From the NCBI GenBank assembly GCA_964354495.1, contig CAYHAA010000005.1:90001-122000 (forward strand): DNA of 32,000 nt, read 5' to 3'. The notes under the pieces are model-generated. The model had not been told where the DNA came from, ran no database searches, and saw only the letters and a list, made by a program, of their open reading frames with translations. Below are positions 18,392-27,429 of the stretch, in pieces (positions within the stretch are counted from its first letter, which is position 1; each line of letters begins with the position of its first letter). This DNA comes from an uncultured archaeon. GTDB taxonomy: Archaea; Asgardarchaeota; Thorarchaeia; Thorarchaeales; Thorarchaeaceae. The position numbers and the translations under genes were made by a program.

Positions 18392-19780
18392 CTAGGCCTT
18401 TGCCTTCTCCTTGCTAAGAATGTCGCGTGCAGCAATGACACCTGAAACAGATGCCTGCATGAGACCTCTGGTTATTCCAGCTCCATCACCAACTGCGTAA
18501 AGATTCTTGACCTCAGTCTCAAGAGCACTGCTTAGCTTGAGTCGAGACGAATAGAACTTAACCTCTACTCCATACAGCAGCGTTCCATCATCAGCGACAC
18601 CCGGGCAGATCTTGTCCAAAGCTTCTAGCATCTCCAAGATAGAGTTCAGGTGTCTAAAGGGAAGAACAAAGCTAAGATCTCCTGGAGAGGCACTGCGGAG
18701 GCTTGGTTTGATGGGACTTCGAGCGATTCGTTCGACTGTGCTCCTCTTCCCCCTTCGCAGGTCAGCAAGTCGCTGAACAATCACTCCATCGCCAAGCATG
18801 TTGGCAAGACGTGCGATAGACTGGCCATATGCGATAGGCTCCTTGAATGGGGCCGTGAATCGCGTCGATACAAGAAGTGCAAAGTTCGAATTGGGCGTTC
18901 TCTTGTTTGCGAATGACTGCCCATTCACCGTGAGAATATCATCATAGTACTCTGTTGTGACAACCCCGCCAGGATTGAAGCAAAAGAGCCTGACTTTGTC
19001 ATCGAATCGCTTTGAGTAATATATCAGCTTGGGCTCATAGAGAGCCTCAGCAATCTCTCGCATCACTGGCTCCGAAATCTCAACCCGAATACCAATGTCC
19101 ACATAGTTGTTTTCAGTGTGCAGGCTCAGTCTATTCGCCTGTTTGGATAACCACTCATTACCAATTCTACCTGGAGCAGCGATGAGGTATCTTGCCTTGA
19201 TGATTTCTCCGCCATTTGTCATAAGTCCCTGGACTGCATGCCCATTGATCTGAATGTCTTTTGCCTCGGTATTGAATCGCACAGTGACATTTTTGCTAAT
19301 CTTGTCGTACATTCGCTGCATGACATGGACGCTGCCCTCACGACCCATATGGCGTACCCTTTGTGGGATGAGCTCCATGCCATTCAGCACGGCTTTCTCA
19401 GAATAGGCTTCAACTGCGTCTTCATCCCCACCATAGATCTTTGTGGGAGCACCATAGTCGATATACATCTGGTCAACATACTCGATGAGGTCTGTCAGAC
19501 GTTTTGTGCCCAAGACCTCATCAAGCCAACCTCCGACTTGGGTGGATTTCGATAGTTTTCCATCTGAGAACAAACCCGCCCCACCCCATCCAGCTAAGAC
19601 ATTGCAGGGATTGCATTTCCTGCAGCCAGGTGCGGCATCGGAATTTGGACAATCGCGTTTCTCGATGTTCTTTCCCCGTTCAATCATCACGATTTTGAGA
19701 TTTGGACTGTGCTGAATGAGTTCGAGAGCACAGAATATTCCGGCAGGGCCGCTTCCAACAATAGCGACATCGTAGTCCAA
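18392..19780 (-). CDS. FAD/NAD(P)-dependent oxidoreductase (COG2509-like)
   Basis: GSGPAG dinucleotide fold, GWGGAGLFSDGKL, FCFNPGG, GVEVKFYS and YAVGDGAGITRGLMQAS; N-terminal Cys cluster CP...CRKCNPC. Confidence 0.88.
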   Translation of the reverse strand: MDYDVAIVGSGPAGIFCALELIQHSPNLKIVMIERGKNIEKRDCPNSDAAPGCRKCNPCNVLAGWGGAGLFSDGKLSKSTQVGGWLDEVLGTKRLTDLIEYVDQMYIDYGAPTKIYGGDEDAVEAYSEKAVLNGMELIPQRVRHMGREGSVHVMQRMYDKISKNVTVRFNTEAKDIQINGHAVQGLMTNGGEIIKARYLIAAPGRIGNEWLSKQANRLSLHTENNYVDIGIRVEISEPVMREIAEALYEPKLIYYSKRFDDKVRLFCFNPGGVVTTEYYDDILTVNGQSFANKRTPNSNFALLVSTRFTAPFKEPIAYGQSIARLANMLGDGVIVQRLADLRRGKRSTVERIARSPIKPSLRSASPGDLSFVLPFRHLNSILEMLEALDKICPGVADDGTLLYGVEVKFYSSRLKLSSALETEVKNLYAVGDGAGITRGLMQASVSGVIAARDILSKEKAKA

Positions 19781-19948
19781 TGATTCTCTCTCCGAGTTTC
19801 TCAGAACTGACCTCGGCTGACTTCGATCGTTACTTAAGGGTTGTGAGAGAGGTTCCTCCTAACACCTCCATCGTGTCAGAGGTCAGATAGGAATACGGAT
19901 ATACTTCAATAAGTGTGGAGTGACAAATCAGTCTGGTCAGGTGTTGCA

Positions 19949-20842
19949 ATGACGGAATGCTCTCTGTGCGGGAAAGAAGATTTGAACTTCACATGCCCTT
20001 ATTGCAATGGCGTCTATTGCGTAGAGCACAGGCTTCCTGAGAGCCATGGTTGCCCCGGGATTCAGCGAGTACGTGAAGATGCTAAGCGTCGGGTTTCAGA
20101 ATCACTTGAAACTGAGGACGACCAAGAAGAGAATCAGACATGGACACCCATTGTGCCAGAGAAGAAGTTGGCACGACGACCTACGAAGAGGGCACGGTTC
20201 TCTGCCACGGAGAAGAGGGACTTGCTTATTGCCTCAATACTAGTCACTCTTGTAAGTATCTCTGTATTTGGGGAATACAGCGGGATAATGAATGGAATCA
20301 ATACATTTGTCTTCTTTATCTCAGGACCCAATTGGTGGGTTCCTGTTAGTATGATCTCAATATTCCTACTGTCATTCATGGGTCATGAACTGGCTCACAA
20401 ATTTACCGCGCAGCACTATGGAATGTGGTCCGAGTTTCGGATGACATCGATGGGCTATTACCTCTCGGCCATTGCCATCCTTTTTTCCATTCCAATCTTT
20501 GGCACCGGTACAGTGTATACAAGTGGTGCCTCTAGCAGGGAAGACAATGCAAAAGCAAGCCTAGCAGGCCCCTTGAGCAATTTCCTGTTTGCCTCGGGAA
20601 TAGTAGTCATCGCGATACTCTCTGTCTTTCTTCTGGGCGCTTCAAGCTTAATGTATCTCAGGCTGCCCGTACAATACGGAATTATAATCAACTCCATTCT
20701 GGGTCTCTTCAACATGATACCTATCCCGCCATTCGATGGTGCTGCTGTCAAGGACTGGAGCAAATCCCTGTGGCTTATCCTGACTTTGGCACTTCTATCG
20801 ATGTTCATTATTGGCAGTTTCGTCATTCCGATTGTAATGTGA
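19949..20842 (+). CDS. AN1-type zinc finger fused to an M50 (site-2 protease) intramembrane metallopeptidase
   Basis: CSLCGK..FTCPYCNGVYCVEHRLPESHGC (AN1), HELAH (HExxH), AGPLSN and FNMIPIPPFDG. ATG at 19949 follows AGGTG. Confidence 0.9.
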   Translation: MTECSLCGKEDLNFTCPYCNGVYCVEHRLPESHGCPGIQRVREDAKRRVSESLETEDDQEENQTWTPIVPEKKLARRPTKRARFSATEKRDLLIASILVTLVSISVFGEYSGIMNGINTFVFFISGPNWWVPVSMISIFLLSFMGHELAHKFTAQHYGMWSEFRMTSMGYYLSAIAILFSIPIFGTGTVYTSGASSREDNAKASLAGPLSNFLFASGIVVIAILSVFLLGASSLMYLRLPVQYGIIINSILGLFNMIPIPPFDGAAVKDWSKSLWLILTLALLSMFIIGSFVIPIVM

Positions 20843-20911
20843 CTGACATAATACCACGCTTCATAGCAGAACAATACTGTGCCTTCATGAGACATCTCTG
20901 GAGGCAGGCTC

Positions 20912-22447
20912 TTGCTCACACCGAATACTCAGACTAATGGCATTACAGAACTATCAATTTCAGCATGGTTCTACAGGAACAGAGCAATAGCGGGTTTTGA
21001 TAATCCAGCACGGTCCCTCTACGTTGCAATTCGGGAGCTCGTTGAGAATAGCCTTGATGCATGTGAAGAAGCAGGCGTTCTTCCGGAGATTACAGTACTA
21101 CTCAGAAGCGAAGATGAAGGACTTAGAGCTGACATCATGACTCAGGGACCCGAGACCTTCGAACTGGTCGTAAAGGACAACGGGATAGGAATGAAGCGAA
21201 ATACGGTCCCACAACTACTTGGAAAGATGCTGACCGGCACGAAGTTCACTCATCGCCAGAGCCGTGGAACATTCGGTCTTGGAGGAAGTCTTGCCCTGCT
21301 CTACGGACAGGTCACCACTCAGAAGCCAATCGATATTGTCACGGGGCAAATCGGGGAGCCATTTGGCCACGAGGTGAAGATGCAGCTTGACATTGAGAAT
21401 AATCAACCGGTCATCCTTGACGAACATGAGGTCGCAAAGTCGGAGGATGAGCGGGGAACTATGGTCACCTTCTCTCTTCAGGGAGATTGGCTCAGAAGTA
21501 AGCGGCGGATTATTGAGTACTTCGTCCAGACTGCCATTATTGTTCCGTATGCGTCACTTCTATTCGAAACCCCAGATGCAGAGGTCATCAGGTATGACAG
21601 GGTCATTCATACCTCCCCAAAGCCCACTGTTGCCGCAAGACCACATCCAAAGGGAATTGATGTTGAGATGCTCAAATCTATGATCTCGACAACACATGCA
21701 AAGACTTTGAAATCATTCCTCACAACCACTTTTCAGAGAGTAGGAGATACAACGGCCAGCGAATTCCTAGCATTCGCAGACATGGATTCAGAGAGACCAC
21801 CGAACTCATTGAGCATGGATGAACTTCTTAAAATGATGAAATCAATAGAGGGCTATGACGGATTCCTACCGCCCTCTGCGAATTCTCTCTCCCCTGTCGG
21901 GGAAGAGATACTCCTTGCAGGCGTGGAAAGACTCGCTCCCGAGCTAGCAGCATTCAAACAGAGACCTCCATGTGTTCACGAAGGCCATCCCTTCATCATA
22001 GAAACAGGAGTTGCATACGGTGGCAGCTTGAATGCGGGTGCAACCGTGGTGAGGTTTGCCAACCTTATACCTCTGCTTTATGATGAACGGTCAGATGTGT
22101 CCTATAGAGTTGTCAGAGATCTCAATCTCAAGAACTATGGTTTGAGTCATGAAGATCCCCTGACGTTCATTATGCATATCTGCTCGACTAGAATCCCATA
22201 CAAGACAGTAGGTAAGGAGTATATTGCGGACGTTGACGTTGTTCGGAGAGAGATTGAACTGGGCTTCAAGGACTGTCTGAGGGACTTAAGTGAGAAGCTT
22301 AGAAGACGCACCAGAACACAGAAGTCTAACAAACGGGAGACTCGCCTCACTTCCTACTATAGGTTCATAGCTGAAACACTAGGCAAAGCAACTGGCAGAG
22401 ATATACGACTTGACCGTCTTCTGACAGATGGAGGGGATACTGAATGA
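20912..22447 (+). CDS. top6B: DNA topoisomerase VI subunit B
   Basis: GHKL motifs ELVENSLDA, DNGIG and SRGTFGLG; H2TH region; transducer GHPFIIE, RFANLIPLLYD and IPYKTVGKE. Confidence 0.96.
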   Translation: MLTPNTQTNGITELSISAWFYRNRAIAGFDNPARSLYVAIRELVENSLDACEEAGVLPEITVLLRSEDEGLRADIMTQGPETFELVVKDNGIGMKRNTVPQLLGKMLTGTKFTHRQSRGTFGLGGSLALLYGQVTTQKPIDIVTGQIGEPFGHEVKMQLDIENNQPVILDEHEVAKSEDERGTMVTFSLQGDWLRSKRRIIEYFVQTAIIVPYASLLFETPDAEVIRYDRVIHTSPKPTVAARPHPKGIDVEMLKSMISTTHAKTLKSFLTTTFQRVGDTTASEFLAFADMDSERPPNSLSMDELLKMMKSIEGYDGFLPPSANSLSPVGEEILLAGVERLAPELAAFKQRPPCVHEGHPFIIETGVAYGGSLNAGATVVRFANLIPLLYDERSDVSYRVVRDLNLKNYGLSHEDPLTFIMHICSTRIPYKTVGKEYIADVDVVRREIELGFKDCLRDLSEKLRRRTRTQKSNKRETRLTSYYRFIAETLGKATGRDIRLDRLLTDGGDTE

Positions 22448-23589
22448 GCCATTCTAGGTCGGAGATCGCAACCTCAGATGTTCTTGGGCTCATCGATGAG
22501 GTTCTCAATACCTTGGCTGAAACAGTAGAGGACGGGGTCTTCCCGGAAATTGGATATTACGGAGCTTCGAAAAAGAACGCAGACTATCAGGAAGACAAGG
22601 GATACGTCTCGATTGATGAAACACCATCCTATATTGATGGCAGAAAGGTCGAGAGTGCGAAGATTGTCGCGGGTTTCGTGTATGGTCTCTCGCGATTCAA
22701 AGAGCATCTGGAACAGAACATGTCGATGAGTCTCAGGGACTTCTATTACATGCACAAAGTGAAGCATGTCCAGGACATCTTGAAAATCACTGACCAAAAT
22801 GAGACCAATCGCATGATAAACCTCTGCGAGCGAATCATGCGACATGATGGCGCATCTATTCCACGCGAAGAGCTTGGAGTTGTCAGTTCGCCGAAAGGCA
22901 CGTTTTATGGCGATGTCACAATCTCAGATATGTCTGGAAAGAGGCTGAATTGTGCATCGGCAGGAGAATACGGGTGGTTCATATCAAGCAGGCCTTTTGA
23001 CGTGACGATACATGATATCAACATCGATGCTGCAGTCTTCATCGAGAAAGAGGCGATGTCTAGGAATCTGATCGAACTTGGAATACCTGAAGACTTGAGA
23101 ATTGGCGTTGGTTCTTTATTCGGTCAGCCGGGCAGAAACATGAGAGCGTGGATACGAAGGCTTGCAGATCAAGAGATACCGATTCTGGTGCTCGTTGACA
23201 TGTCGCCTTGGTCGCTGCGTATCTTCTCCACGATCAAGAGTAACTCGATAGAACTGGCGAATATCAGAGGCCTGGCAACACCAGAGGCAAAGCTGCTTGG
23301 CCTTACTACAGATGACTTCTGGAACAGGCATGGATTGTTGATGGAGATTGAACACTCTCTTGAGTCCATGACAAAGTCAGACCTGAAATGCGCGGAGCAG
23401 AACAGGAGTATTCCGGCAATCAGCAATGATGAAATTCTCGGCAAGCAAAATGAAACAATGCTCAGAAAGAAACGCAAAGGAGAGCTTGAAGCTTTCAAAT
23501 CGTTTGGTCTGCCACTGAGCGAGCTGAAGGGATTGTATCTAAAGTATCTAAGAACAAAGGCTGCCGGCCTTGATGTGAAAGTGATATAA
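22444..23589 (+). CDS. top6A: Divergent DNA topoisomerase VI subunit A / Spo11-like protein
   Basis: ATGA overlap with top6B; SLRDFYY catalytic-Tyr motif, IEKEA Toprim Glu, GQP, KGELEA. The DxD motif reads DMSP. Confidence 0.85.
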   Translation: MSHSRSEIATSDVLGLIDEVLNTLAETVEDGVFPEIGYYGASKKNADYQEDKGYVSIDETPSYIDGRKVESAKIVAGFVYGLSRFKEHLEQNMSMSLRDFYYMHKVKHVQDILKITDQNETNRMINLCERIMRHDGASIPREELGVVSSPKGTFYGDVTISDMSGKRLNCASAGEYGWFISSRPFDVTIHDINIDAAVFIEKEAMSRNLIELGIPEDLRIGVGSLFGQPGRNMRAWIRRLADQEIPILVLVDMSPWSLRIFSTIKSNSIELANIRGLATPEAKLLGLTTDDFWNRHGLLMEIEHSLESMTKSDLKCAEQNRSIPAISNDEILGKQNETMLRKKRKGELEAFKSFGLPLSELKGLYLKYLRTKAAGLDVKVI

Positions 23590-23610
23590 AGCAGGTTGTT
23601 CACTTAAGAA

Positions 23611-24240
23611 ATGAGGAGCGTCCCTATGACCGATAGAAAAAGAATGTTACAATTATTGGATGAGTTTCAAAAAGCCATAGTCAAGCTAATGGATGAACGG
23701 GATACGCTGCAAAGTGAAAGCGAAGAAGTCAGAGTCACAAGAAGAGAGGCCGAAGAAAAGGCCTGGGCTGCTGAGAGCAAACTCGAACACCTGGAGGAAC
23801 AGGTTTCCAGTCTCAAGACGCAAGTCAAAGAGGCAGAATCCTCAAAGACGGGTGAGGTTGAGAAGATTCGCCAGGAACGGGATCAGTTCAAGAGAGAGCT
23901 AGATGAAATCAGCCAGCAACTTACGAGAGTCTCCGAACTCTACCGAGAGGCATCAGTGGAGAAGGAGGCACATGCAGAGAAGGTCGATGTTAGTGATCTG
24001 CTGGCGATCTATATCACTCTCATCGAAACTGTGTTCTATGGAAAGCCTCATGCAAGAATTCTGTATACACTGCATGATGTAAAGACTTCGATAACTAGAA
24101 AGAATATTGCCTCAAGTAGTGGCATTATGCCTGCGGTCGTACGCAAAGCTGTATATGACCTTGCAAGTGCAAACCTTGTCAAGGTCGATGAGGATATCGA
24201 TGAGGTCACACTCACGAAGGACATTCTCAGAAGAGGCTGA
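23611..24240 (+). CDS. N-terminal coiled-coil, C-terminal winged-helix protein
   Basis: About 120 aa of heptads, then ARILYTL...ITRKNIASSSGIMPAVVRKAVYDLASANLVKV. The ATG at 23626 after AGGAG is an alternative start. Confidence 0.8.
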   Translation: MRSVPMTDRKRMLQLLDEFQKAIVKLMDERDTLQSESEEVRVTRREAEEKAWAAESKLEHLEEQVSSLKTQVKEAESSKTGEVEKIRQERDQFKRELDEISQQLTRVSELYREASVEKEAHAEKVDVSDLLAIYITLIETVFYGKPHARILYTLHDVKTSITRKNIASSSGIMPAVVRKAVYDLASANLVKVDEDIDEVTLTKDILRRG

Positions 24241-24269
24241 TACGACACAGACGACGAGAGAGAAAGGCA

Positions 24270-25277
24270 TTGGTTAGTACATCAGTCAAGATAGCCAACG
24301 AACTGAGGAATTATGTCAAGAGATACACCCTCAGCAATAAGATGCATTCGATATTGAGTCTTCTTAGCAATGACGGGCAAGAAGTGCTAGACTGGGCATA
24401 CTCCGAAGCATCCCGTCGAATCTCAGAAGACTCCTCGATCAAGAAATCAAACCTAGGGGCAATCATGTTCGATCTCATCAGTTACGAGGCTACCCTGAGG
24501 CTCATCAGAATGAATCACTCTCGAGGTCGTATCACAACACGGAACGAGATCAGAGCAAAGACCGGACAGCGAGTCGAAATGCCTCTTCTCTATAGAGATG
24601 CCGGACTACGACATCCTCAGGAGGCGAGGAACCTTAGACATAATATGTTTCACGAGGCATTTCTATCTCTGATAATGCATCTTTTCCCAGAAGTGACTAC
24701 ATCAGTCCCAACAACGGGAGAAGGGCTTACACCAGATCTAATAGTCCATCATTCGGACCCGGATTGGACAATATCAGTTGAGTACAAGGGATATCGTTCA
24801 CTGACGCTCCTCAGCGAATCGGAACTTCTCAAGGCCATGCGCTATCAGGAAGTGTATGGAACAGCATGGCTCGTCACGACTACCACAAAGAGCGTTCGAA
24901 CACTCTATAGCAAGAACCTGAATGCGCAGGATGTCATTGAGAAGGGTTTGACGAGACTCAAAACCATCAATAAGAGAAGAGCCTACACTAGTGAACAGAA
25001 GGAGAATAGAGCAATCGCGAAGAAGGGAATGACTCATCTCGAAAAACATACTGACCTTGACCTGAAATGCAAACTATTCACGGTGCAGGAATTGCTCGAG
25101 TCAATGAGAAATGGCAAGCCAGTAAAAGGCGTCATCGTGACAACAGGATTCGAGTTCGTGGACATGCTCAAGGAGGCAGGTCTAGAGGAGAAGGCCGAGG
25201 GGGTCCTACGAGTCATGAAGCTGCCCACAATCTCATTACATAGTGATACAGTCACATCAGTTCGCCTAGTAGGCTGA
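24270..25277 (+). CDS. PD-(D/E)xK (Mrr/restriction-endonuclease-like) nuclease domain protein
   Basis: FHEAF...TPDLIVHHSDPDWTISVEYKG (D156, E171, K173), followed by KAMRY and AWLVTT. Confidence 0.7.
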   Translation: MVSTSVKIANELRNYVKRYTLSNKMHSILSLLSNDGQEVLDWAYSEASRRISEDSSIKKSNLGAIMFDLISYEATLRLIRMNHSRGRITTRNEIRAKTGQRVEMPLLYRDAGLRHPQEARNLRHNMFHEAFLSLIMHLFPEVTTSVPTTGEGLTPDLIVHHSDPDWTISVEYKGYRSLTLLSESELLKAMRYQEVYGTAWLVTTTTKSVRTLYSKNLNAQDVIEKGLTRLKTINKRRAYTSEQKENRAIAKKGMTHLEKHTDLDLKCKLFTVQELLESMRNGKPVKGVIVTTGFEFVDMLKEAGLEEKAEGVLRVMKLPTISLHSDTVTSVRLVG

Positions 25278-25375
25278 CCAAGTAGGAAAACACTGCGCTC
25301 ATTATCTTTATCAGTAACTTACCTATCCGAGGACTTATCAGTCAACATTTGATTGGATTATTCGAGGGATGATAC

Positions 25376-25768
25376 TTGGAAGACCAGACCGCCATGATGA
25401 TTCAGGAAAAACTGATGGCGATGTTGAAGGAGCTATCAAACAAATCACCCATACTAGGCGCGGCAATCTTTTCTGTGGAGGGGCTTCCTCTCGTGAGCCA
25501 CTTCCATGCGGGCACTGAGGAGGTTACTGTGGCAGCAATGGTTGCGGGGATTTATGCCGCTGGTGAACAGACTGTGAAGGAATTGAGACAGGGAGATCTC
25601 AAATCAATTATCATCCAGGGAGACCTCGGTACGACCCTAGTAATCTCAGTCTCTCCGGACTATATTCTTACAGTGACTGCTCCAGAGAATGCAGCACTTG
25701 GACTCATTTTTTCAGACGCGAAACGTACAGCAAAGGATGCAAGAAAGATCCTGCATCAGAGTACTTGA
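25376..25768 (+). CDS. Roadblock/LC7 (MglB/LAMTOR-like) protein
   Basis: ILGAAIFSVEGLPL...VAAMVA...GEQTVKELRQGDLKSIIIQGDLG...LGLIF is the canonical roadblock pattern. Confidence 0.92.
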   Translation: MEDQTAMMIQEKLMAMLKELSNKSPILGAAIFSVEGLPLVSHFHAGTEEVTVAAMVAGIYAAGEQTVKELRQGDLKSIIIQGDLGTTLVISVSPDYILTVTAPENAALGLIFSDAKRTAKDARKILHQST

Positions 25769-25774
25769 ACCACC

Positions 25775-26605
25775 ATGACAACCATTGTACAATACCCATT
25801 CACACACCACCCTTGCTATGCCAACACGCGCAACGCTCTATGGGCTCGCCTTCACTTGCCAGTCGCAACATACTGTAATGTAAAATGCGTTTTTTGTGAC
25901 CACAATCTGGGTTCATCTTGTCATACGTCGAAACCAGGATATGCCGCCCATGTACTGAACCCTGAGGAAGCAATCGAAAGTGCCATGAGGGAACTCTCTA
26001 AAGACCCAAGACTTCGGATAGTGGCAATATCGGGGCCGGGAGAGCCATTGGCAAACAGAGAAACCTACGCCACACTTCAGGGTCTGCGCGATAGGGGCAT
26101 GGATGTAAGGTTCTGTCTTAGCACAAATGGAACTCTGCTTGAAGAAGCAGTGGAAACGCTCTGTAACCTTGATGTATCAACAGTATCGGTTTCAATGAGT
26201 ACTCAGAGCTACGATATTGCTTCAAATCTCTATGAATGGGCAACCATCAATGGACATATCATGCAAGGCATAGAAATGGCTAGAGAGGTAGTGATACGGC
26301 AGCTCCGCGGAATTCGGTCAGCGGCAGATGCAGGCATCTGTGTGAAAGTCAACACGATTCTTATCCCAGAACTGAATGGTAATGATATCGTTCCCCTCTC
26401 CCGAAAAATCTCAGATGCTGGAGCGCAAATACAAAACATAGTACCCCTGGTGTCTTGCGGCGCAAAGTTGAATCTCAGAGTTCCGTCGATAACAGAACTT
26501 GATTTTGCTCGGAGCGCTGCATCGAGCAATATTCAGCAGTTCACGCACTGCAAACAATGTCGCAGTGATGTTGTAGGAATACCCGGAAGGGATAGAGTTC
26601 TCTAG
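25775..26605 (+). CDS. NifB-like stand-alone radical SAM protein
   Basis: HPC, RLHLPVATYCNVKCVFC, SGPGEPLAN, STNG, KVNTILIP and CKQCRSDVVG; no NifX domain. Confidence 0.82.
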   Translation: MTTIVQYPFTHHPCYANTRNALWARLHLPVATYCNVKCVFCDHNLGSSCHTSKPGYAAHVLNPEEAIESAMRELSKDPRLRIVAISGPGEPLANRETYATLQGLRDRGMDVRFCLSTNGTLLEEAVETLCNLDVSTVSVSMSTQSYDIASNLYEWATINGHIMQGIEMAREVVIRQLRGIRSAADAGICVKVNTILIPELNGNDIVPLSRKISDAGAQIQNIVPLVSCGAKLNLRVPSITELDFARSAASSNIQQFTHCKQCRSDVVGIPGRDRVL

Positions 26606-27429
26606 TCTTTTGGCACAGACGTGAGACATCCGACTTCGACAAGCTTGTTGATCAGGAACCAGATCGCATCTCGGTCGTATGGCAGAGACGACATGATATC
26701 TACAATACTAGTCTTGCCATCGAACCGGCTCATCAGATCCTCGAGGGCTTTTCCATATTGCACCTTCAGACGTGTGAGAATGATAGCCGGGCAATCTGCT
26801 CTCACCAGTATGTCGCTCTCAGACAGTCTCCGTTTGAAATCAATCCAACGGTATCTTGCCAGAACTGAAACAAGTGCGAGAACCTCTTCATCGGACAGAC
26901 CCATCAAATCCATGATTTCTGCGACAGTCCGCTTTCCGTTGATAAAGGACTCAACCTGCTCAAGTTCTCGGTCCACAGCTCCAACTCGAAATGGAATTCT
27001 GATTCCTTTGCTTGTCTTGATCGGCACCATATTGAGGTCAGCCGATTGAAATGGAAACTCCTTGATTACGGTGAGCGCAAACTCTCTGAATCGCCGCACA
27101 TCACCTTCAAAATGGCGAAGTTTCTCACCATGTTTAGATTCCACCTCATCAAGGATGCGCCTCATCTTCTCGCGATACGGGGCTTCATCGGGTACTGGGT
27201 CTACCACTAGTAGTACTAGAACACTCACGCCTACTTCTATCAAGATGTCATACGCAGCCTTTCGTATGGTTCGAATCGGTGTCTTAGCAAAGATGATCAC
27301 TGCAGTGACAAAACCAGCTATGAGATCTGGATCCACAGTCAGCTCGGCATAGGGTATGTTCAGAACTGACTCGCCTCCCTCCATGCGAATCAGAGAGATG
27401 TAGCGGACCTTCGAGAAATCGAACCCCAC
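26602..27429 (-). CDS. Longin-like domain plus two winged-helix repeats (NPRL2-like architecture), paralog B
   Basis: DPDLIAGFVTAVIIF and FEGDVRRFREF (longin-like); FINGKRTVAEI and FDGKTSIVDI (wHTH). GTG start overlaps the upstream TAG. Confidence 0.75.
   Translation of the reverse strand: MGFDFSKVRYISLIRMEGGESVLNIPYAELTVDPDLIAGFVTAVIIFAKTPIRTIRKAAYDILIEVGVSVLVLLVVDPVPDEAPYREKMRRILDEVESKHGEKLRHFEGDVRRFREFALTVIKEFPFQSADLNMVPIKTSKGIRIPFRVGAVDRELEQVESFINGKRTVAEIMDLMGLSDEEVLALVSVLARYRWIDFKRRLSESDILVRADCPAIILTRLKVQYGKALEDLMSRFDGKTSIVDIMSSLPYDRDAIWFLINKLVEVGCLTSVPKD

Noticed and set aside
22444-25277. Wadjet (JetABCD/MksBEFG) system
   Set aside because: A canonical Top6B is present, and there is no SMC ATPase (no Walker A/B in the coiled-coil protein) and no kleisin.
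25308-25342. TTATCAGT direct repeat upstream of the roadblock gene
   Set aside because: An 8-mer pair in an AT-rich spacer is too weak to call without comparative data.
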